A stretch of DNA of 35,309 nt, from contig CAZLQC010000005.1 in NCBI GenBank assembly GCA_964561695.1, forward strand, positions 1 through 35,309, in the 5' to 3' direction. The notes under the pieces are model-generated. The model was not told the DNA's origin. It searched no databases and saw only the letters and a program-made list of their open reading frames with translations. Positions within the stretch are counted from its first letter, which is position 1. Each line of letters opens with the position of its first letter. The translations under genes and the position numbers were made by a program. Shown in pieces: positions 7,779-16,138 of the stretch. The DNA comes from an uncultured Bdellovibrionales bacterium (GTDB lineage: Bacteria; Patescibacteriota; Minisyncoccia; Moranbacterales; UBA1568).

Positions 7779-10700
7779 TTATCTAGCAATAACAGCTCCT
7801 GCCCCAGGAATCTTCTTGAAAAGAATGTACTTATTTCTTCCCGTGCGAATACGTACAAAACCTCTATCAACAATGGTTTCTTTTGGAATCTCCTGAACTG
7901 AACCGTGAACGGTTTTGAGAACTTCCACTTCTTGGAATATGCTTGCCTCTTCTCTGGCGAGTACCTCATCATCCCCATTGAGCTCGATTCTCATTTCTCT
8001 TTCACCCAAAGTGAAATGAGAAAGTACTTTTCTAGAATCTTTGAGTGAAACGTCTGTACGCTGAAGCTTAAACCCATCTAGATCCTCTTTCGAGAGGTTA
8101 TCTAATACTTCTGTCACTGTTTCTGGCGTAGTTTCATTTTTTTCAAAAGTCACCATACGCGAGCGATACCCATTGCCACTAGAAATTTCTCCTGAGTACT
8201 CATTTACTACATCTAGACCAAACTGCTTGGCAATAGTAGTGAGTGTATTTGTGTCACGAAAATCAAGTGAATAAATCATATTGACCACAGCTCTTCCACC
8301 AGACTTCAAAACTCGACTCATTTCTTTCAAGGCTTCCAGACGCTCATATTCCCCTTTACTTGGCACTAGCTTGGTATAATGAAGAGCTAGTGAGAGATTA
8401 ACATAGTCTACACTCCCACTTTCAAGCGGAATATCAGTGAAGCTCCCAACAATGGTCTCACTTTCTGGCGTTTTGTTAGCAAAGTGCTCTGGGTTGATAT
8501 CAAGACTGATGATATTGGAGCGCAAAGTATCTTTACTGTGCCTACGGAGCATTTCAGGTCCAGAAGCCAGATCTAGAATGCGCGGATTCTCTATTCCTTG
8601 TTTATTGGCCATTTCTGAAAGCACCGTTGCTACCACTCGACTAGCATTACTCTGATAACTCCTGCTTCCTAATTCACGGTAACAGTCCGCATACTCTGCA
8701 CCATGTTTCTCCAAAAAAGTACTAAATTTCTTCTCGCCAATTTCTTTGACTGAAGCAAAGATGCGATTCATCTTTTCGAATGAAGAAAAATAGTAATCAG
8801 CCAGTTCTGGATTAACTGACAGATCAGCTTTTTCGGCTTCTTCAGACTTTTCTAAAATCTCCATTTCCACTTCGGTAATTGGAATACCTTTGAGAAGTTT
8901 TTCGATAGCTCGGTGCTTGACTTGGATGTACTCATGTTTTCCTTCTTCGATAGTACCTTTGGTGAGAATAGTTCGTGATTCTACATCACCTTCGATACCG
9001 GGGCGGTAGACACGAGCCTGTTGCTGGTGCTTATCAGCTATAGTCCAGGGCTCATTATAAAAAATAATTTCCTGTCCTGCTGAATAGTCCACTGCCACAT
9101 CAGCAGTCTTACCACTCACTACAAGAAGTATTCGTTTATCACCTCTCTGAAACTCTTCCTGGACAGTCAGGCGCTCTTCTTGGGTAACACCTCCATGAAT
9201 GACTCTAACTTCTACCCCAGCTGGTAATTTGAGGTCTTGGATAATACCATCTTCTCCTCGGATAACATTAGAGATATAGTCGTTCACAAAAAGCACAGCT
9301 CTATCTTTGCTCACGAAAGCATTTTTCAAATCGTTATTGAGCATTTCCAGCTTACTACTTGGTACTCCAGGAGTAATATCCAAAAGTCTTGGGTTAAGCA
9401 AAAACTTTTGAAGCATTTGCATCTTTTCAGTTGGAGTAAGTTCATCCTCATCAAGCAACACCTGATAGATTTCTTCTTCACTTGGAGTAAGTTCAACTGA
9501 GCTTACTTGTTCGGTAAGGTTTGGCATTTCTAAGTGTTCGCCCAAACTCTTCATCTGGAGACGTGGGATGAGAAGCTGGCGAATATCCAGTAAGTCTCCA
9601 TGGATAATAGAGCGGGTCAAAGTGCGACTATCCGTCTCGGCAAAACGCTCTGGATACATGAGTTTTAAGAGCATGGCTACATCTTCTACCTTATTCGGTA
9701 CTGGAGTACCAGAAAGCATGGCAACATATTTTTCGTCCCTTTCTTTATTATCAGCAAGGCGGAGTAAGTGTTCCGAGCGTACACCAGTTTCTATATTCTT
9801 AAATTTATGGACTTCATCAACAATAAGCATCCCGTAATCTAAAGTCTCAAGTGCTTGTGTATATTCAGCAGTCAGACGTTCATGAGAGATAATAATGTAA
9901 TCATATAGACCTTTTTCTATACCATCCAACTGACTTACATCAGTGATCCGTAGTACTCTTGGCTCTTTCTTGAAATACCCCACCTGTTTACTATTTTCAT
10001 CTATCTTATCTGATAAATACCCCTGCCAAGTGTCTATTGCATTACTTGGTACTACTACTAAGGCTGTCTCTACACCAAGGTGTTCTTTAGCCAGAATAGC
10101 TGAAGCGCTCTTACCTGCCCCCATTTCATCAGCTATGAGAACCCGTTTCTTGGCTTCAATTTCTCGAATATTTATACGCTGATAGATATCAGGAAATTCT
10201 CGCCCTTCTTTGAGGCCATCTACCATTCCTACTGGTACCTCTACGCTCAAGATAGAGATATAGAACTTTTCAACACTTAAAATAGTCTGCATTAGCTCTG
10301 CGCTCGCAATATTTTGAGCTTCTGTACGCAGATTGTTGAAATAGTCTCGAAAGAGAGCTATGTTCTGTTCGATACCTAATTCTCTCTTAGATAGCGTCTT
10401 CTCCAAAGCATCTCTTTTAATCACCTCAGCCAGTCCTTCCATCAAACTTGGTGTGCCAAAGAGAGCTTCAGCTCCCTTGAGACTCTCTACAGAAAATGGT
10501 GCTGGGGTGAGTAGATAATCTCCTAGATACTCTGCTAGGATACTTTTCACTTTTTCTACTGGTATCCCCTGATACTCCGGATGGAGAGCATAGAGGATAT
10601 CGAGAGATTGAGAGGATCCAAAAAGAGAGATAAGATTTTGTATTCCTTTTAAGTCTTCTTTATTCTGAAACCTATTTTCTAATCTCTCTTTCAAAACTAA

Positions 10701-13592
10701 CTCACTGTTATTAACTTTCTCATCAAGAACTTGTTTTATTTGAGTTATAAGATCTGGATGGTAATGAACTACTATCTTTCTTGTTCCATCAAGATAGTCC
10801 CGAAACCACTCTGGATATGATTCTAGAGCCTGACTAGCTATATTTTTAATAACCCTTTCACTCGTTTCCAGCTTCTTGGCAACACCTAAATTTGTAAGCC
10901 ATCCTTCAGGCGCCATTGTAGGCCTTTCTGCTGCAATATCTTTTACTCTTTCTATAAGATCAGGATGATAGTGCTCAAAGATTTGACCTTTTTTGGATTG
11001 AAAATCTCGAAACCAATCTGGATGACTTTCTCTAAACTGATCGGCAATTTTTCTGAAGGCTGGCCTATTTAAGGATAAATGAGCAGCAGCAACTTCACTA
11101 GTCATCCAACCTACTGGGGCATATTCTGGTCTGTTGCTAATTTCTTCACGAATCTTCTCTATAAGATCAGGATGATAATACTCGTGTGATCTTCCAACTT
11201 TACTACTGTATACTTGAAACCACTCAGGGTGAGCGTCTCTAAATGAGTTTGCAATTTTTTCTGTCGTGTTTTGAGCTATTCCCAATTCATCTCCAGTTCT
11301 CCTATTTGTCATCCACCCTTCAGGAGCCTTATCAGCTCTAAGCGAAATTCTTTCTATTATTTTCTCTACTAAGTTGGGATGATAATGTGTAGAAACTTTC
11401 CTTGTTCCATCAAGATACTCCTGAAACCACTCAGGGTGAGCATCCTTAAACGGCTCAGCTATTTTTTTCACAAAAGCTTCTGCTGTCCCTAATGAATCAG
11501 CGATACCATTATTAGTTATCCACCCATCGGGTGCATACTCTGGTTTTTCAAAAAACTTCTTTTTAATTATCTGTATAAGGTCTGGATGACAATATTCACC
11601 AATATTATTATTCTTTGTAAGATACTCTCTGAACCACTCTGGGTGTGACTTTCGATATTGATCAGCAATTTCTTTACATGTGTGATGTGAACTATTTAAC
11701 TCTTGGGCTATTTCGCCAAAGGTACGCCACTCCACTGGCGGTTTTTCTGGTCTACGGGCAATCTCTTCTTGTATTTTGTGTACCAAGTCTGGGTGATAAT
11801 GCTCATTGACTCTTCCTGTTACAATTTCAAATTCCTGAAACCAGCCAGGTTGTGACTCTCGATATTGATCAGCGATTTTACTGCACGTTTGTTTACTTAT
11901 GTTAAGATCTTCAGCAATAGCACTGTTGGTAACCCATCCTTTCGGAGCTTTACTAGGTCTTTCAGAGAGTCCTTGTTGTATTTTTTCAACAAGGACTGGA
12001 TGATAATACTCAAAAACTTGGCTCTGTTTTGATTTGTATCCTTTAAACCACTCTGGATGAGTCTCTCGATACTGCTCAGCAATTTTTGCGCACACTTTAC
12101 TTTCTCGCCCCAGTTTCTTAGCAAGACCAGATAATGCTTCCCAGCCTTCTGGAACATATTCTGGCTCTTCAAGAAGCTTACCTCTAATTTGTTCTACAAG
12201 ATCTGTATGATAATGTTCTGTTGTTCTGCCTCCTCTATCCTGGTACTCTCCAAACCACTCGGGATGTGTTGCTCTATAAGAATTAACTAGGCTTTTAGTA
12301 AGATTAGTGCCTATACCAAGAACAGTAGCTACTGATATAGTAGTTAACCATCCTTCCGGAGCTTTATCAGGTCTATTGGCTAAAACTTCCCGGACTTTTT
12401 CAATGAGATCTGGATGGTGGTATTCTCTCAGAGAACCTGATCTGTCTTTGAACTCATGGAACCACTCGGGATGATTACTACGAAACGGCTCCACCACTTT
12501 TTTTACAAGGGTTTCACTTATCCCAAATTGACGGCTAGTAGCTACTTTAGTCATCCAACCATCAGGAGCATTCCTATGCTCAGCTCTTTGCTCTTTGATT
12601 TTAAGATTTTTCGTTGCAACTTCTTTTCTAGATTGCCTCAAGTTCTCGATATTTTGGAAAAGAACTGCTATAGCTTCAGGAGGGTAAAAAAGTACTGGGA
12701 CTCTGTACTGACCTTCAAACTTTTGCGGTATTTTAATTTCAGAATTACTAGAATACACATCTTTCAAAAGAAAACTCACGCGTGATAAACTTAGTCCTGC
12801 CTGTTGAGATAAATCTCTGATACTCATCCACCCCTCTGGAGGATACCCTACGCGTAATAAGGGATGTTGCTCTATTAACCGGACTAATTCCGGAGGGTAA
12901 TAGTAATGTCTTTTTCCCTCTGCAGAAATAAACTCTCTTGGAGAGAGATTCTTATCTTCTCGAAGAAAGTTTTTAATAAGAGGTCTAACTCGACTTTGGT
13001 TATTAACCGAAAGGCCTTTTTGAAGCTCACTCACACTTTTCCATCCTTCTGGAACTCCCTCACTAATCTTAACTCTATCAGGAAGGTGTGATTTAACGTA
13101 TTCCACAGCTTCATTAGAATGGTATTTTACCTTTATCCCTTTTATTAAAAGTTCCCTTGGAGAGTCAGCTGATTGAAAATCTTCATAATATTTCTTTAGA
13201 ATCTTACTGACAGTAGTGCGATCAAGCCCTAATTCTCTTGCTATAAGTCTAGTATTTTTTCTGTCTCCAATCTTAGATTCGTCACTCCTGAGTTTTTCAA
13301 TCTCGGAATTAATATATGAGACCACTTCAGGTGGATAATGTAAAAACTTTCTGCCTCTTACATCGCACATCCATTGCGGATCTTGTAATTCTTTATTTCC
13401 ATTATATAAGGCCTGGATCGCTTTCTCTACTGATCTTGTACTATTAACACCTTCAGTTAATTTAGCTACTGCTCTGAGAGTTAACCATCCTTCCTGAGCC
13501 TGTTCACTTTTTTCACCTTCAAAAGAAGCCCCTTCTGATGAACTGTTTTGTTCCGCTTTTTTAGGTTGTGGAATGTCTGGATTAAATGCCAT
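7779..13592 (-). CDS. Giant multidomain protein (1,937 aa): HTH-like repeat array + SNF2-family ATPase + class I SAM methyltransferase
   Basis: A single uninterrupted ORF with ATG at 13592-13590. SNF2 motifs: LIADEMGAGKS (I), IVDEVHKFKN (II), LSGTPVPNK (III), QQQARVYRPG (VI). Methyltransferase motifs: ILDLASGPE (motif I) and LKSGGRAVV (post-motif). See the sub-features below. Confidence 0.85.
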   Translation of the reverse strand: MAFNPDIPQPKKAEQNSSSEGASFEGEKSEQAQEGWLTLRAVAKLTEGVNSTRSVEKAIQALYNGNKELQDPQWMCDVRGRKFLHYPPEVVSYINSEIEKLRSDESKIGDRKNTRLIARELGLDRTTVSKILKKYYEDFQSADSPRELLIKGIKVKYHSNEAVEYVKSHLPDRVKISEGVPEGWKSVSELQKGLSVNNQSRVRPLIKNFLREDKNLSPREFISAEGKRHYYYPPELVRLIEQHPLLRVGYPPEGWMSIRDLSQQAGLSLSRVSFLLKDVYSSNSEIKIPQKFEGQYRVPVLFYPPEAIAVLFQNIENLRQSRKEVATKNLKIKEQRAEHRNAPDGWMTKVATSRQFGISETLVKKVVEPFRSNHPEWFHEFKDRSGSLREYHHPDLIEKVREVLANRPDKAPEGWLTTISVATVLGIGTNLTKSLVNSYRATHPEWFGEYQDRGGRTTEHYHTDLVEQIRGKLLEEPEYVPEGWEALSGLAKKLGRESKVCAKIAEQYRETHPEWFKGYKSKQSQVFEYYHPVLVEKIQQGLSERPSKAPKGWVTNSAIAEDLNISKQTCSKIADQYRESQPGWFQEFEIVTGRVNEHYHPDLVHKIQEEIARRPEKPPVEWRTFGEIAQELNSSHHTCKEIADQYRKSHPEWFREYLTKNNNIGEYCHPDLIQIIKKKFFEKPEYAPDGWITNNGIADSLGTAEAFVKKIAEPFKDAHPEWFQEYLDGTRKVSTHYHPNLVEKIIERISLRADKAPEGWMTNRRTGDELGIAQNTTEKIANSFRDAHPEWFQVYSSKVGRSHEYYHPDLIEKIREEISNRPEYAPVGWMTSEVAAAHLSLNRPAFRKIADQFRESHPDWFRDFQSKKGQIFEHYHPDLIERVKDIAAERPTMAPEGWLTNLGVAKKLETSERVIKNIASQALESYPEWFRDYLDGTRKIVVHYHPDLITQIKQVLDEKVNNSELVLKERLENRFQNKEDLKGIQNLISLFGSSQSLDILYALHPEYQGIPVEKVKSILAEYLGDYLLTPAPFSVESLKGAEALFGTPSLMEGLAEVIKRDALEKTLSKRELGIEQNIALFRDYFNNLRTEAQNIASAELMQTILSVEKFYISILSVEVPVGMVDGLKEGREFPDIYQRINIREIEAKKRVLIADEMGAGKSASAILAKEHLGVETALVVVPSNAIDTWQGYLSDKIDENSKQVGYFKKEPRVLRITDVSQLDGIEKGLYDYIIISHERLTAEYTQALETLDYGMLIVDEVHKFKNIETGVRSEHLLRLADNKERDEKYVAMLSGTPVPNKVEDVAMLLKLMYPERFAETDSRTLTRSIIHGDLLDIRQLLIPRLQMKSLGEHLEMPNLTEQVSSVELTPSEEEIYQVLLDEDELTPTEKMQMLQKFLLNPRLLDITPGVPSSKLEMLNNDLKNAFVSKDRAVLFVNDYISNVIRGEDGIIQDLKLPAGVEVRVIHGGVTQEERLTVQEEFQRGDKRILLVVSGKTADVAVDYSAGQEIIFYNEPWTIADKHQQQARVYRPGIEGDVESRTILTKGTIEEGKHEYIQVKHRAIEKLLKGIPITEVEMEILEKSEEAEKADLSVNPELADYYFSSFEKMNRIFASVKEIGEKKFSTFLEKHGAEYADCYRELGSRSYQSNASRVVATVLSEMANKQGIENPRILDLASGPEMLRRHSKDTLRSNIISLDINPEHFANKTPESETIVGSFTDIPLESGSVDYVNLSLALHYTKLVPSKGEYERLEALKEMSRVLKSGGRAVVNMIYSLDFRDTNTLTTIAKQFGLDVVNEYSGEISSGNGYRSRMVTFEKNETTPETVTEVLDNLSKEDLDGFKLQRTDVSLKDSRKVLSHFTLGEREMRIELNGDDEVLAREEASIFQEVEVLKTVHGSVQEIPKETIVDRGFVRIRTGRNKYILFKKIPGAGAVIAR
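8200..8700 (-). other. Class I SAM-dependent methyltransferase domain (Methyltransf_11-like) within the giant ORF
   Basis: Motif I ILDLASG at 8559-8579, then ISLDINP (acidic residue at the end of beta2), DYVNLSLALHY and LKSGGRAVVN. I saw no (D/N/S)PP(Y/F/W) motif. Confidence 0.7.
8958..10205 (-). other. SNF2 ATPase core (SNF2_N + helicase_C) within the giant ORF
   Basis: Walker A DEMGAGKS at 10107-10130, DEVH at 9807-9818, motif VI QQQARVYRPG at about 9001-9030. Confidence 0.85.
10704..13493 (-). repeat. Coding tandem repeat: about 13 HTH-like modules (nine canonical 69-aa / 207-nt units at 10704-12566, four degenerate units at 12567-13493)
   Basis: Canonical unit: P(E/D)GW.T....A..LG......KIA..(F/Y)R..HPEWF.(E/D)(Y/F)........EHYHPDL(I/V)E.I......P..A. 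The HPEWF codons recur about every 207 nt (about 10805, 11015, 11220, 11425, 11635, 11840, 12050, 12255, 12462). Degenerate N-terminal units carry YPPE in place of YHPDL. One has a classic HTH, LIARELGLDRTTVSKILKKY. Confidence 0.85.
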
Positions 13593-13622
13593 CTTAGTCT
13601 TCTACAATATCCTCAGTATAAC

Positions 13623-13650
13623 AAAAAACCACCCGTTTGGGTGGCTTTTT
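13623..13650 (-). terminator. Intrinsic terminator between the ATPase gene and the giant ORF
   Basis: CCACCC-gttt-GGGTGG hairpin (13629-13644) flanked by A6 and T5 runs. On the minus strand it is followed by TTTTTT. It lies 17 nt after the stop of the ATPase gene. Confidence 0.8.
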
Positions 13651-13660
13651 AATAATCTTT

Positions 13661-16138
13661 TTATCCTTTCGTTTTCAAACGATCAAGAATTTCTTGATTC
13701 ACTAGTTTGGTATCTCGTCCATAACGAAGACGAGAAAGCTCTTTGAGAGCCACCGCTACTTCACGACTCCCCTGCGTTGGTGGAAAAGTTTTCATATTGA
13801 AGGGCTTGGTCAGCTCATTATTCATCAAGAGGCGGGCGAAACAGTTGAAGTTATCAACATTCACAATATCAGCGGCTGTAAAAACTGGGGTAAACTGCTT
13901 CTCCAAGAACTCAGCATCTTCTGGACCAACACGGAAGGTGACGAGAGAACCTACGTTACCAAAGACTGCTTTAGAGATATCTTCCTTGAGTTGTCCGATG
14001 AATTGATGAGCTAGCATCAAAGTCAGTTTATACTTTCTAGCTTCAGAAAGTATCTGAGCAATAGAGCTCGTCGTGACATTCTGGAATTCATCCAGGTACA
14101 AGCTAAATTCCTGACGCTCGTTCTCTGGGGTGTCGACTCGTGACAAGGCAGCCATCAAGAGTTTCCCAACTATCACCATCCCCAGGAGACGAGCATTAAT
14201 CTCCCCGATCTTCCCCTTGGAAAGATTAACTAAGAGAATCTTCTTGGTATCCATGATTTCACGGAAGTTCAATGTGCTTTTCTGTTGACCAATAATAGGC
14301 CTCACAAGATCATTAGAGGTAAATGGGGTTAATTTAGAGGTGATGTAGGGAACCATATTAGCCAGTGCGCCCTCACCTCCTGCCTTCTCAGCTTCATTTT
14401 GCCAAAAATCTCGTACTATCGGATTCTGACAGAAACGGAGCTTCATCCGACGAAAATCCTCATCAGCTAATACCTTAGAGATTTCCATCAGGGTAGATCC
14501 GCTCTCTGGGTGATCCATGATAAGAAGCATGGCATTGCGCATATACTGCTCAAACATAGGGCCTCCAGTAGCTTTGAGATCATAGAGCTGATCAAAAATA
14601 CCGATCATCTCATTGATAACAAAAGTCTTTTGCTCAGGATACGCTGGATCGTACTCAAGCATATTCATACCGAGAGTGCGCTCTACATCACTTGGGTCAA
14701 AAATAATGACATCCTGAGCCCGTTCTTTGGGGATACAGGCCAGAATGTCCTCAATAGCATCACCATGTGGATCAAGAAAACAAAAACCCCTGCCCGCTAT
14801 GGCATCGCGTTTAGCAATTTCCTGAAGAAAGTTTGATTTACCCACACCTGTCTGCCCAATAACATAGAGGTGTCGAAGACGATCTTTATCACCGATACGA
14901 ATATCGGTTTTGACCCCTCGATACTCATTGTAACCAAGGAGCGTCCCTTCGGTCGGTACATTGATTGGTGGTGGTGCCGCCCCCGCTTTCAGCCACTTAA
15001 TCTTCGGTGTCTCAGTGGTAGAGATAGGAAAGTGAAAAATACCAGCAATCTCTTCGGTATTCAGCAAAAAAGCATGCTCATCGTCAAAGTTCCGAAAGAT
15101 ATAATGGTAGGCTGCATCACGAGTCTTGAGACGCTTACGAACACGAAAGCGATTTACATCAGGATTTTCAAATTGACCAAAAGCACTCTCTATCTGACCA
15201 AGGATCTGTTCAGCTCGGGTCTGTGTCGTGGCAGAGGCCAACAAACGCACATTGACACGAAAAGCCCCTTTACTCGTCTTGTCTTCAATAGACTTGATCA
15301 GATCTTGATCTTGAGGAGTAAGTTGAATAGGTGGCTTTTCTATTTGAGAATTATTTGAATTAGTTGGATTAAAGCCACTAATCACTCCCTTACCTACTTC
15401 TTTACCAAAAGACTGCAGTTTGCGGTTAGTGCCAAGGTCTCGCAGTTGCTTCCCTTCTTGAAGACTGCGAGCTACCGTACGACCTTCGTGACGCCAGGCA
15501 TCTCCAGCTGGCGCTAGCACCACTTGGATAGCAGCACCCTCATCAAGGGTAGCCAGTTTACTCAAAGCATTCGAGAGTTCATTAAGTGGGTCCACCCCCA
15601 GGCTCTGATAGGTTCGTAACGGCAAAGCATGGCTATGTGACAATTGAAGCTCCGTGATGGCTACGTGTCCGCCAGGGGTAAAAATAGTGTAGTCAGGGAT
15701 GCGCTCCAGATGTGCCTGAGGAAAGAAGCTGTGAATCTGCTTCTCCACACTCTCTCGAAATACCCTCGGCACTGCTACTAAGAAAAAAATTTCCTCGCTC
15801 GTAGCTGGATTAGCAATCTCAAGGACGACCGTAGGCGCGTGATAAAGAAATCTCTGGAAAAAATTACCCGGGTGCTTGAGTCCAGTAAGAGAAACGAGGA
15901 GCTGTTCCATCGCGGCAATCTCTTCTTTCCAAATATCACCCTTATCAGCTCCTCCGTCGGTACGTTTTTGTGGACGAGCTACTTTGACTACTTCAAGATC
16001 AAGTTCTAGTGATTTGTTGATTTGTTTACGAAAGCCATAAAAAGTCTTCACCAAAAGCAGGCCTCCTGAAAAAAGAGTGAGGAACCCGAGGGCCCACGCC
16101 AAAGGAACTAGAATGGTGTTAATGGTTATTTCTATCAT
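13661..16138 (-). CDS. Membrane-anchored FtsK/HerA/VirD4-like (type IV coupling-protein-like) P-loop ATPase
   Basis: The ORF track starts at TTG 16156, but AGGAGG (16142-16147) followed by ATG 16138 is the better start. N-terminal TM hairpin. Walker A GQTGVGKS (14834-14857) followed by FLDPHGD. Walker B LYLDEFQ (14084-14101). C-terminal LMLAHQFIGQL...GNVGSLVTFRVG is typical of the TraD/VirD4/HerA clade. Confidence 0.7.
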   Translation of the reverse strand: MIEITINTILVPLAWALGFLTLFSGGLLLVKTFYGFRKQINKSLELDLEVVKVARPQKRTDGGADKGDIWKEEIAAMEQLLVSLTGLKHPGNFFQRFLYHAPTVVLEIANPATSEEIFFLVAVPRVFRESVEKQIHSFFPQAHLERIPDYTIFTPGGHVAITELQLSHSHALPLRTYQSLGVDPLNELSNALSKLATLDEGAAIQVVLAPAGDAWRHEGRTVARSLQEGKQLRDLGTNRKLQSFGKEVGKGVISGFNPTNSNNSQIEKPPIQLTPQDQDLIKSIEDKTSKGAFRVNVRLLASATTQTRAEQILGQIESAFGQFENPDVNRFRVRKRLKTRDAAYHYIFRNFDDEHAFLLNTEEIAGIFHFPISTTETPKIKWLKAGAAPPPINVPTEGTLLGYNEYRGVKTDIRIGDKDRLRHLYVIGQTGVGKSNFLQEIAKRDAIAGRGFCFLDPHGDAIEDILACIPKERAQDVIIFDPSDVERTLGMNMLEYDPAYPEQKTFVINEMIGIFDQLYDLKATGGPMFEQYMRNAMLLIMDHPESGSTLMEISKVLADEDFRRMKLRFCQNPIVRDFWQNEAEKAGGEGALANMVPYITSKLTPFTSNDLVRPIIGQQKSTLNFREIMDTKKILLVNLSKGKIGEINARLLGMVIVGKLLMAALSRVDTPENERQEFSLYLDEFQNVTTSSIAQILSEARKYKLTLMLAHQFIGQLKEDISKAVFGNVGSLVTFRVGPEDAEFLEKQFTPVFTAADIVNVDNFNCFARLLMNNELTKPFNMKTFPPTQGSREVAVALKELSRLRYGRDTKLVNQEILDRLKTKG

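Noticed and set aside
10704-12566. Regular 207-nt periodicity that could superficially suggest a CRISPR-like or satellite array
   Set aside because: The period is a multiple of 3 and lies entirely inside one ORF. Units are diverged at DNA level but conserved at protein level. There are no short identical direct repeats separated by unique spacers.
8437-13091. Several 60-110-aa plus-strand ORFs inside the giant gene (8437..8655, 9237..9500, 9568..9837, 9943..10182, 12456..12785, 12906..13091) and a same-strand out-of-frame ORF (11897..12172)
   Set aside because: All are shadow ORFs of a long, motif-rich reading frame. They have low-complexity antisense-type composition and no translation signals.
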